Of a DNA stretch of 24,493 nucleotides, positions 17,901-24,493 are shown piece after piece. The notes below the pieces were generated by a model that searched no databases, was not told the DNA's origin, and saw only the letters and a list, made by a program, of their open reading frames with translations. The stretch's first letter is position 1. Each line of letters opens with the position of its first letter. The translations under genes and the position numbers were made by a program. The DNA comes from a virus (taxonomy: Duplodnaviria > Caudoviricetes). The stretch spans positions 1 to 24,493 of IMG/VR virus record IMGVR_UViG_3300044513_003308; one strand, written 5' to 3'.

Positions 17901-19500
17901 TGTAATATGTGTAACTTACAGTAGGATCATCATATGCTGTATTTTCAGCATAAAGTCCAGCTGGAATAAGTCCTTCTAAATCTGAGTTTAGTCCATTAGC
18001 ATATAAGTTAGCCCAATATTCACTTGTAAATAGAGGTATATTTGACCCGATTAAAGTTGCTAAAGTTGCTCCAGCTGTTGCTTGATTAACTGAATACCAA
18101 ACTGAGACAATATCAGCAGCGCTGTCGCACATTAGCGATTCAGACGCAGTGTAATAGACATTAGATGAAACGCCTAAGCCAGATTGTACACCACATAATA
18201 GTGGTCCATTTACAACTTGACCATTTAGATCAACTTCAAAATATCTGGTATTTACACCATCTTCTAATTTAATAAATGCGTTTTGACCAGTGTCTGGTCT
18301 ATATGGACTACCGGCTTCAGTTTGAAGTAGTGTAGTTCCAATTGTAATTTGTGTAACGTCTGAAATTGTACCACCGGTAACTACCCAAATTTGACCCGTT
18401 GCATCTAACAAACAAGCTTCATCACCAATTTCTTGGTAAATAGTAGAGTTAAAAGAAATATATGTTGGCAGTGTAATGTTAACACTGATTTGCTGATTTA
18501 CCGAACCGCCTACACCATCTGTAATCGTTACTATAAACGAATCTGATCCTATTTCATTTTGATTAGGAGCATATTCTATTTCTCCAACAGTATCAGAACC
18601 TTGCATGCCAACTACAACGTTAGCTGTACCTTTAGTTGGTGGAGTTGAAATAGTAAAGTTTAATGGGCCGGCTTGTTCATTATCAGATGCGTAAACGTAT
18701 ATGACCTCTGAACCTCCATTTTGTTGAATAGAAATTGTATCATCAGAATTTCCTGAATCTACAACAGGATTTGTGTTAGCCGCTGCAGTAATAGTTATAC
18801 TAACCGTACCTTGATCAGTTTGAACTTGTTCATCTTCTATTTCATAAGTAAAAGAATCACTACCATCTGGGTTACCATACGCAACTTCTGGCGCAGTGTA
18901 GCTAATAGTACCGTTCGAACTATTATAAGTGCCTAAGCTACCTGAACTTGGCCCAGAAACTACACTAAAAGTTAAATTATTATCAGAAGTAAAGTCATCC
19001 GAAACCAAACTCCAAATATCTATTGAAACCGTCTGCTGTGAACCCACTGTAATCGTGTCGTCATTAGCAACTGGTGGATTATCAACGGTCGGTGTAGGAG
19101 TTGGAGTTGCCGTTGGTGTAGCCGTAGGCGTTGCTGTTGGTGTAGCAGTAAGGGTTGCAGTAGGAGTAGGAGTAGCCGTAGGCGTTGGTGTTGGAGTTAC
19201 AACTGTTGAGCAATCAACTGCATTTGATTCAATAATACCGTTGCTGCTAACAGTAACTACAAAGTCTACTGAAGTACCACCCTCTTCTCTAATGTGCCAA
19301 ATCTTTTCAGCCCCTGGGTTCCAGGCATCTATAAGATCATTACCTTCATAAAGCTGTAAACCTGATCCAACGTTAGATAAAGATCCTCCGTTTTGATCAT
19401 CATAGTAATATGTTAATGTGCCACTTTGTGGTCCATTTGTACATGCATCAAGTTGAGATGAAAAGCTCGAATCCGAAATTATTATAGCTACTGCTGCCAT
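11950..19500 (-). CDS. Giant putative virion protein (2516 aa): N-terminal adhesin-like arm fused to a large core
   Basis: Residues 102-138 form a Pro/Thr linker. Residues ~141-343 are two cadherin-like/Big_9-type repeats (NPPVANDD...ISYTAP...GSDSFTY; NTNPV...YAPN...GSDSFIV). Cys-bracketed modules extend to about residue 860, then a ~1630-aa acidic, aromatic-rich core starts near LLRTNPKL (residue 886). Confidence 0.7.
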   Translation of the reverse strand: MAAVAIIISDSSFSSQLDACTNGPQSGTLTYYYDDQNGGSLSNVGSGLQLYEGNDLIDAWNPGAEKIWHIREEGGTSVDFVVTVSSNGIIESNAVDCSTVVTPTPTPTATPTPTATLTATPTATPTATPTATPTPTPTVDNPPVANDDTITVGSQQTVSIDIWSLVSDDFTSDNNLTFSVVSGPSSGSLGTYNSSNGTISYTAPEVAYGNPDGSDSFTYEIEDEQVQTDQGTVSITITAAANTNPVVDSGNSDDTISIQQNGGSEVIYVYASDNEQAGPLNFTISTPPTKGTANVVVGMQGSDTVGEIEYAPNQNEIGSDSFIVTITDGVGGSVNQQISVNITLPTYISFNSTIYQEIGDEACLLDATGQIWVVTGGTISDVTQITIGTTLLQTEAGSPYRPDTGQNAFIKLEDGVNTRYFEVDLNGQVVNGPLLCGVQSGLGVSSNVYYTASESLMCDSAADIVSVWYSVNQATAGATLATLIGSNIPLFTSEYWANLYANGLNSDLEGLIPAGLYAENTAYDDPTVSYTYYKRSTANSWVVDPTTGSLIWKCPEPIAYDYYELTNVQIPIGDPTDIYNICEGSFQNGSLWYPVAQDETGGSSSKTLLELVQSNTPIYMSLTGAQRELISDMWPTGAFGTSDAYAVWNNEGDGVNFDWYAFDLTQDGLQFVEGVNATQLGNCDSYVRPTVVLNEDLEWNSNVNDTNVFYAFLMCAPYFETDNDTGVISNYWQLYVVDGLYDIEHVINPDGSHEHNELGTSYVKDFVDQLKVDNPSGYFRSSGFGDCMQYMHKIYAEDINDAVQTLKNVGYESTYSDVEIAAVNPADIGLASEQTIEMFTNCYDCTNDNSIGSYEFPFVEDAQLSQLNPNFKTETNYKLDNVSKPLLRTNPKLTTNAKLVVSSTYKLYLESINATKELAAVEYKKFPVSETGQYSYDLARFFNVNRTPNEIMFATKRDYSDLTVQDSYDKQIEEAYHYGTTYNYSKLHDEEFRMFAPIWIDKNIPKNFVIFKVKNPSTVINYTDSAADNFGRIQSMLKNAEIVKTFDLTTNSTIGKYLRNHVQNETFPTSPITMSFEKNEKSTYNGIDLIKGGFTNKGEYLYKDFTLTDKPLIEANDFITDGFRRNQVASANVINLEFLFSDESANDYSANRYFGLYVDDIDSGKGRIFNINGKVHEFKELTSYVDASNPKTAIPSYKMISSMPILAYAKVDGNFFRLSTDTYYNANESKVAIEDSLHQIPNYTGIKRKGKSIDMLANVEHGYDFVKMSVAEVPNTNDSIAVSVIKEEANRFKFVKHVSNQSLTFSLVNDTDLYTFTVQTEVDLDATFIATETAFNNEDISDYVDISFDDDSFYLTEKRANLGELSMDIVSSGTCIIKNTRIQTSVDFQNHVYFAEYSIQPGKFSGLRFSNQGSTTDVAVALAACINANESNFRAYNIGTNVYIVSTVPGYKLLQSAFLVSKNNTIDFIDVENRDFANILTLRKPEANQTPDGTSILEKYDAYYLSGGNSAGKSIFVNNETISEISIDDYVETRYSGVYNKVVDIAEDITRPNSQYSKIILEDKNDLKEGEANVFYENEIYMGLFSAYNIYDMNFDFYDTSNSDLKELVHETRSEINYEPYENALNSVDIDTGTETSALGSRDIFDDDFSLDPIEYFSNLSDLLEEESVDEVTAKQITSEFDRLKENQVKEFANRSRVAPNINKWVLKNSVTVREQPYYLNANEAFGRTNFAPDLTVSERDKDAMTHEWFYIEKMPKYLRYDQYNDTFSYVNFIEGFSLTPNMFKSVKYNYFDKFMISDGFEKSLTREDLIAIYDNIEVGDNELNSIDETINSFIKTELAKKYSIVSGGNDVSFASTIFKGIKVDFKNRKEFVNETASEFVKGNQFNGYKFSTLLKVNEDVDTNSIEFEVIQNKKFKFVIFFITLNLSEYWVKGNMNRKLLYELNHKIVYDTLEDDYIYANTPIEGALKLNDPNIDWNSEGPYTIQGISHYNGGQPNFESQVALGEGGLYGDIYIDIFPQTANQTTYKISVVSVESDSTLIVSGKPVNINDDTDILQVEFLPSSVQSQAVYTYIGGGANAHKTILEELTAGNVADLVNLNNNLITYTTIEEDGTPLNNRFVINFSDGNEIVTKSYLTLEEDNDKPKSYKLFKGNIGYNIVQGEEYFPFLIRHNGSYTIDLNPVVTFTDVYTHFKVDRNQVTSNDNEWKFEEVLYKHSQRDLSEVNRAKAYYNRYNRCGVAFNLGFIQDNGNHDGNWGIIKNHFYHKVNEINPAGVTKLSTTSDKSPLYPLIGEVAIDKKDVNVFRSSWDFDYYNRSLAGGESITVPGTFETKEERSYLASTIMKPKELYTLLDYTWSRVGSEEELDQILLDGNNATDVVIFENDSNIIADFYISDVLSKKMISEGVAATIAKYVTVENSAGNKETLSDDAELYVKNNLINNYVLDEVDLYTKKFKGDDSKIVTINDVALVTEGGFTQDQNNYAYRSHIQKPMNFRLIYNKRLGYSYDIRPVIKIKS
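12006..12013 (-). promoter_or_regulatory. Putative late-type promoter GATATATA(AT) inside the 3' end of the 2516-aa gene
   Basis: 57 nt upstream of the fibre gene ATG (11948). Confidence 0.45.
19087..19197 (-). repeat. Pro/Thr low-complexity repeat (TPTPTPTATP...)
   Basis: 37 codons of T/P/A repeats with varied synonymous codons. Confidence 0.9.
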
Positions 19501-19519
19501 CTATAGTATATTCTTTTAT

Positions 19520-19548
19520 TAATAGAGTTGCGTTCTCTATTATATATC
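19520..19548 (-). promoter_or_regulatory. Putative late-type promoter GATATATA(AT) followed by an 8-bp stem-loop
   Basis: GATATATA at 19548-19541, 40 nt upstream of ATG 19500. Inverted repeat TAATAGAG-N7-CTCTATTA at 19520-19542. Confidence 0.6.
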
Positions 19549-19570
19549 TACCAACTATGGCACGCTATTA

Positions 19571-22500
19571 CTATCTTTCGAATGCGAAGATTCTAGGTCT
19601 AGTTGAAGCTGCTGTTGAAACTGGCGCGTTTCTAACAAGTTGTGCAGCTCTAATAGAATTTAAGTTCTTGCCTTTAGGACTGTACTTAGCAAATACCTCA
19701 AGATCAAATGAGAATTGAGTATCGTACTTGTCGAAAATATCTAAACCAATCTTCTTAGTGTAAGTCAAGTTAGGGAAACTTAATTTAGCTTGACCGCCGA
19801 TTCTACCAATGTCTGATGATGGATCGTTACCAAAGTAGTCAGTCATTCTGTATTGGAATACAACGTCAATTGATAACGCGTTTGAGTTACCTAAACCAGA
19901 CGTATCTCTACCTTTAATCTTTTTTCTAGATTGCTTAGTTTCTCCATCAACTGAAAGCGTTGCTAAGTTGATTGGTGATAAGTATAAGAATGCACCACAT
20001 GATCTACCGCCCAATAAGTATTGATCATTGCCATCAAATGACATTTTAAATGATCTGCTACCAACTGAAATTAAATCAGTATATTGATATGCTAATTGTT
20101 GTTTAGATCTAATAGGATCAACTGAAGAAACAGCTGAAGCGAATGCTAAATTAGAAGCCGTTGTTAATGAAGTACCCGTTACTAGAGTTGCCGTAATTGG
20201 CATTGTGTAAATTGCATTATTGATAAGAGCTTGTAAGCTTGCTTTTTGTTCGCCATCAGTTACATTTGTTGCATCACCTGCAGCTTGTGACCAGCCAGCA
20301 TAAATGTTCTCTAAATCTGGGTGATCTTTGTGGAAATATAAACCGCTATTGTAGTTTGCAGCACCAATTGTTGAAATAGAGCATACATCAACCATAGAGG
20401 CGTCAAATCTTTGAGTTAAGTCAGGTGCTATCCACGAAGTGCTGTTTTGAGTCTTACCAAATGTACCAGTCCAAATAAAGTCACTAGATGTACCATCACC
20501 AGAGCCTAATAACAGTGAAATGTTGCTAGCTGTTCCTTCAAAGGTTGCATAGCTCAATGTATATTCATAACTGTTAAGCGTTGCAGTACCTGCAGTTAGT
20601 GGTGAAGTAATATAGTGTGGATTTTTGTTAGCAATGTCCATATATCTAGAGTAGATGAATTGACCTCTTCTCTGTGCTGATTGATATGGAGCGTCTTCTA
20701 GCAAATCATATGTTGAAATTTCAGTAGACGAAATATTTTGGAACTGAATCGGTGCCAAATCATATTTACCTTCTGATGTGTAATATGTGTCAGACTCTAC
20801 TTTAGTGTCGATTGCACTTGTACCTTGATCATTAGTCGATACACCGAAACCATTTGTTGTAATAGTTGATGCCGCGCTTGAAGACTTGTAAGCTGGTACA
20901 TTTTGATTACCTGTCAATCTTGAAACTAATTCAAGTTGAGTAGCTTTAGTATTTTCAAGAACCAATTTAAAGGTCTTAGTTACAATATGTCCTTTCTTAA
21001 CTGAAAGTTCAGCAACTTCATCAACGTAGTAACCAGCAAAAATTTGGTTAACTGTATTGTTCTTAATAACAGTTACTGTACCATCTTCAGCTTGAAGCTT
21101 AACAACCAATTCACCAACTTCAGCTTCAATACCTTCTTTAAGTGCTCTAATTTCATTTTCAAGGGCAGTTAGCTTGTCGAACACTGAAATTGGTTTTTGT
21201 TCAGGTGATAAGAAGCCTGAAGCAATGCTAGTTGCGGTGTGAGCATAGAATGTCTCATTCGCAACAAAGCTTTCGTCAACGTGTGTGAATACGCCTTTAG
21301 CTGTAAGTTCATCAGAGATCTTTACAGCTGCAACCTCAGCTAAGTTCTTTTCAACCAAGTTATCAAGATCAGTTGTATCAATTTCAGCCTCTGGGAAATC
21401 AACTGTAATTGGCTCCGACCAATCACTAAATATTGGATTAGCTGGATAACCAGCTTCAGAAACTGATTTAACTCTAATTTCAACTAATTCACCCTCGTTA
21501 ATTGCAATATCTAATTGGTTAAAGTTAATCTCTTGACCGTCTTCAACTAATGAGTCCTTCCACTCAAACTTGCCTTCGTCATTTCTAGCTCTATCTCTAA
21601 CCTTAGTTCTAATCTCGTTCCAGTTTGAGAAGACTGCCGTCTTTTCTCTAGTACCATCAGTAAATGGCAACTGAGCAACTTCACCTGCTTTTCCGCTAGT
21701 TGATAAGTATCTATATTGAATAGCAAACTGTACAACATGCTGATCTGTCGTGTCTGCCACTTTCTTTGGCTCTGGAACTGCCCAGAAACCTCTTACACGA
21801 TACTTAGGTGAAATGTTAGTTACGTTAGTGCCAGATGCAAGTGATTGAATCTGGTTAACGAGAGAGTTATAGAGTTTAGTCTCACTCGCTCTTTCTTCGA
21901 TAAGAGCATTAAGTTCACTCTTGTCTTTATCTTTTTGAATGTCTGACTCGTACTTTTTAGTAGCAATCTCAGTTCTCTTCTTAGCTATTGTATCGTCAAG
22001 CTTTTTAATTGTTTCGTCTACTGTTGTTTTATCAGCAGACAATTTCTTGATCTTTTCAGCTGTGTCGTTTTGAGTTAAGTGTGAGTTGATCTGTACAACT
22101 TTAAAGTTTCCAGAGTCTAATGCTGGAGCATCGGGTGTTACACCAACAGTTGCAGGTGGAATCGCATCCTCTTTTAAAGCCTTAATGTATTGACCAAAGT
22201 CAGCAACATTCTCTTTGTAATAGTCGTCTAATCTAATCTCTGAACCATCTTCTTGTAAAAGTGTAAGTTCGTTTGAGTAGAAACCAATACCCGGCGACCA
22301 GTTTTCAGCCAACATGTTTGAATCAGCATCAATAGCTTTAACGAATAGTAAAACCCTTTCATTAAATCCTAAGCTAACTTCAATGTTAAGCGCGGTATTG
22401 TTATATTTGTAAATTGATAGTACATTTGTGCCAATCTTAATTGGATCATAACCTTCTACCAATTCAACTTCAATTTGACGAGTTGAACCGTCAATTTTAG

Positions 22501-23335
22501 AAATCTTATATCTAGTGTTTCTATTACCACTATTAACCATTAGCTCATCACCAACTCTTAATAGTTCAGTACCATCTAAATCTTTATCATTATCGCTATA
22601 CGTTAATGTGTCAAGGGTGATCAATTTAATTGATCTCTTTGTAGTAACACCATCAACAATTACTTCTCTTTTTGAAGTATCAATCGAAAGCACGTCAAAC
22701 TTACCTACATATTGATTAACTCTAAATGGTAAATCTCTTACCTCTTCGTCAACAATATATGTTAAGTTGTTGTTTGTAATATCTCTAAGCGCAGTGTAGT
22801 AATCAACGCCTTCTTGATTCTTATAGTTACCGTTGAAGAATTCAACAGATGGTGTATTAGTAGAATCAAAAATAATTCTTTTAATTAAGACTCTTTCAGT
22901 GTCATTTGGAATTTGACCAGAAACGTTTAAAGTTGTTGTTAAAAGAGGGTTTAAAAAGTCTTCAAAGAAATAGTTGCTCTTAGTTGTAAAAACAGATGGC
23001 TTGATCAATGCTGAAATATCTGCAGCTGGAGCTTTTAATCTTGAAGTAATAATGTTTTGATAAGTGCCATCTGGCAATTTAATCTTAGTATTGCCTTTAC
23101 CCAATCCAGTTAAAGCCTTTAGATTAGTGTTTAATCTTTCTAGCTCTCGCTTCATATAACCAAATGATGGTACATATACGGTTCTAGTTGTACCATCTTC
23201 AGTAATAATTTCTAAAGGTACATCTTTTAAATCCGTAGTAATAGCTTCGTTAATTCTCTCGTAAATCTTTAAAGAGTTAGAGTTGATTTCAAGAAGCTTC
23301 TTGAGCGAATTAGAAATTGAGTTATTAGTGTTCAT
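19571..23335 (-). CDS. Large putative virion structural protein (1254 aa) with coiled coils and an FN3-like segment
   Basis: Coiled-coil stretches (AEKIKKLSADK...LVNQIQSLAS; KLTALENEIRALKEGIE) and FN3-like QYRYLS...VEIRVKSVSEAGYP...SDWSEPI. Lies in the structural block. Confidence 0.62.
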   Translation of the reverse strand: MNTNNSISNSLKKLLEINSNSLKIYERINEAITTDLKDVPLEIITEDGTTRTVYVPSFGYMKRELERLNTNLKALTGLGKGNTKIKLPDGTYQNIITSRLKAPAADISALIKPSVFTTKSNYFFEDFLNPLLTTTLNVSGQIPNDTERVLIKRIIFDSTNTPSVEFFNGNYKNQEGVDYYTALRDITNNNLTYIVDEEVRDLPFRVNQYVGKFDVLSIDTSKREVIVDGVTTKRSIKLITLDTLTYSDNDKDLDGTELLRVGDELMVNSGNRNTRYKISKIDGSTRQIEVELVEGYDPIKIGTNVLSIYKYNNTALNIEVSLGFNERVLLFVKAIDADSNMLAENWSPGIGFYSNELTLLQEDGSEIRLDDYYKENVADFGQYIKALKEDAIPPATVGVTPDAPALDSGNFKVVQINSHLTQNDTAEKIKKLSADKTTVDETIKKLDDTIAKKRTEIATKKYESDIQKDKDKSELNALIEERASETKLYNSLVNQIQSLASGTNVTNISPKYRVRGFWAVPEPKKVADTTDQHVVQFAIQYRYLSTSGKAGEVAQLPFTDGTREKTAVFSNWNEIRTKVRDRARNDEGKFEWKDSLVEDGQEINFNQLDIAINEGELVEIRVKSVSEAGYPANPIFSDWSEPITVDFPEAEIDTTDLDNLVEKNLAEVAAVKISDELTAKGVFTHVDESFVANETFYAHTATSIASGFLSPEQKPISVFDKLTALENEIRALKEGIEAEVGELVVKLQAEDGTVTVIKNNTVNQIFAGYYVDEVAELSVKKGHIVTKTFKLVLENTKATQLELVSRLTGNQNVPAYKSSSAASTITTNGFGVSTNDQGTSAIDTKVESDTYYTSEGKYDLAPIQFQNISSTEISTYDLLEDAPYQSAQRRGQFIYSRYMDIANKNPHYITSPLTAGTATLNSYEYTLSYATFEGTASNISLLLGSGDGTSSDFIWTGTFGKTQNSTSWIAPDLTQRFDASMVDVCSISTIGAANYNSGLYFHKDHPDLENIYAGWSQAAGDATNVTDGEQKASLQALINNAIYTMPITATLVTGTSLTTASNLAFASAVSSVDPIRSKQQLAYQYTDLISVGSRSFKMSFDGNDQYLLGGRSCGAFLYLSPINLATLSVDGETKQSRKKIKGRDTSGLGNSNALSIDVVFQYRMTDYFGNDPSSDIGRIGGQAKLSFPNLTYTKKIGLDIFDKYDTQFSFDLEVFAKYSPKGKNLNSIRAAQLVRNAPVSTAASTRPRIFAFER

Positions 23336-23336
23336 A

Positions 23337-24493
23337 TTATCTTAAAATATCAGCTTCAAAGACATAATTTGTAGGATCAATACAAGTTATCTCTATATAC
23401 GGTTTGTTTGTTAATAGTTGCGTAACATCGATGTCAGCTACAAGTTTGTCAAAGCCAGTCGTTTTACCAGTATAGAACTTAATATTATATCCGTCCATGT
23501 CAATTGCATCAAATGCAACCTTTACTGTTTGACCTGCTTTCCAAGCATTAAAGCTATCATCTATGTATATATTCAAGTCTGCATTAGGGCCTGAAGAAAG
23601 TAGTCCTTTCAAGCTCAATCTATTTGTGTAAGCCAACAACTTGGTCCAAACAGCAAAACTATCTGCACCGTTACCGTTAACATTTGCATCAAATACTGTT
23701 GATCCACCCAATTGAGTAGCTAAATATTGGCCAGCAATATTCCATAACCAAACTTCGTTTAATGAGTAGCCATAAACAGTATTATTGACTTTAATTTTAT
23801 TAGCAATAGACTTATCGACTTGTGTACCTTGGCCATTAAAAATTACGTCAGTATTATATTGTAATTCAACTGGAACTGTACCGTCGATCAATTGATTAAT
23901 TTTATCGTGAGCTTTGGTAATTAAGTTTAAGAGTGATCTTGAATCTTCTAATTGAATAGATGCATTTTCAAAGTCTTCCTCTAACGCTGAAACTCTAGCG
24001 ATAATTTCTTGAGCATCTTGGCTGTTGACCAATAGCGCTTCCATATCATCTAGTCTGTCGACAATACCGGCATATCTTGTGTTGGCTTCTAATAACAATT
24101 CAGTGGCATTTTCAAGGGCAGTTGTAGTGTCCATGAACAAGTCCATTGAGAATGTTGTAAAGTCATTGACAGAAGTTTCAACACCAACGTTATCGAGTGA
24201 TGAGTTGAATTTTAAGTTAAGCTTTAATGAATATGCGTTACCGTTTAGACCAGTTACCTCATTTGGCTTGTACTTGATTTGTTCGTGAATTTTTGTACCA
24301 GGACCAAATGCATCTTGAATATCATCTAAGATCAAAATACCATAAAGGTTGGTTGATCTATTTGCTGGTACTGATTCACTGTATAAATCATAATAAACTA
24401 ACACTGCGTTAAATCTAAAGTCTTGACCTTTTTTAGCGTAATCTAAAAGTGATTTAACATCTGGATCATTTTGAATCGCTGCATAATTTGCGG
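23337..24493 (-). CDS. Putative virion structural protein, 5'-truncated by the window edge
   Basis: The frame stays open upstream of the GTG at 24404 to the window end (ANYAAIQNDPDVKSLLDYAKKGQDFRFNAVLVYYD...). It has a central coiled coil and abuts the 1254-aa gene. Confidence 0.7.
   Translation of the reverse strand, partial: ANYAAIQNDPDVKSLLDYAKKGQDFRFNAVLVYYDLYSESVPANRSTNLYGILILDDIQDAFGPGTKIHEQIKYKPNEVTGLNGNAYSLKLNLKFNSSLDNVGVETSVNDFTTFSMDLFMDTTTALENATELLLEANTRYAGIVDRLDDMEALLVNSQDAQEIIARVSALEEDFENASIQLEDSRSLLNLITKAHDKINQLIDGTVPVELQYNTDVIFNGQGTQVDKSIANKIKVNNTVYGYSLNEVWLWNIAGQYLATQLGGSTVFDANVNGNGADSFAVWTKLLAYTNRLSLKGLLSSGPNADLNIYIDDSFNAWKAGQTVKVAFDAIDMDGYNIKFYTGKTTGFDKLVADIDVTQLLTNKPYIEITCIDPTNYVFEADILR

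Noticed and set aside
9917-19351. Plus-strand ORFs 9917-10138, 10933-11181, 13850-14062 and 18929-19351, two with membrane-like VGVGVA runs
   Set aside because: The hydrophobic runs are just the reverse complement of Pro/Thr codons, and all lie antisense to long genes.
23566-23574. GAATATATA, a near match to the late motif
   Set aside because: Imperfect, mid-gene and about 230 nt from the next start; expected by chance in AT-rich DNA.
21547-24288. Short ORFs 21547-21738 (-), 22515-22715 (+) and 24025-24288 (+)
   Set aside because: Nested in or antisense to long structural genes, with no supporting signals.
24402-24404. GTG at 24404 as the start of the last gene
   Set aside because: The frame is open to the window edge, so the real start is probably outside the window.
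1-24493. Stop-codon reassignment, as in some large Bacteroidota phages
   Set aside because: Genes are full length in the standard code, and TAA, TAG (primase, 1254-aa gene) and TGA (gp3-like) all end genes at tight junctions.

Overview
AT-rich, densely packed segment of a large T4-related (myovirus-type) dsDNA phage, with all credible genes on the minus strand. In transcription order (right to left) it holds a virion-structure block: a 5'-truncated structural gene, 1254-aa and 2516-aa proteins, a collagen-containing fibre, a BACON-domain protein, a membrane-anchored spanin-like protein, a 688-aa protein, a gp3-like tail terminator and a small glycine-zipper protein. A recombination/replication block follows (RuvC-like resolvase, gp32 SSB, gp61 primase, UvsY, UvsW), then the 5' part of a probable head-internal polyprotein absent from the ORF track. 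BACON, the spanin-like protein and A-rich starts lacking Shine-Dalgarno motifs suggest a Bacteroidota host (inference). The most notable observations are: (i) two promoter-like classes, GATATATA at five gene junctions and TGAAAC-N17/18-TATAA three times, one firing antisense with no gene to serve; (ii) two proteins with apparent capsid-targeting N-termini and prohead-protease-like sites that would release a GTR..YxHxDxYP domain and a cationic glycine-zipper peptide; (iii) a BACON gene bracketed by an exact 22-bp direct repeat resembling the start of the neighbouring gene; (iv) three consecutive virion genes with Pro/Thr stalks and Ig-like or Cys-bracketed modules. All family calls come from motif recognition by eye; no searches were run.
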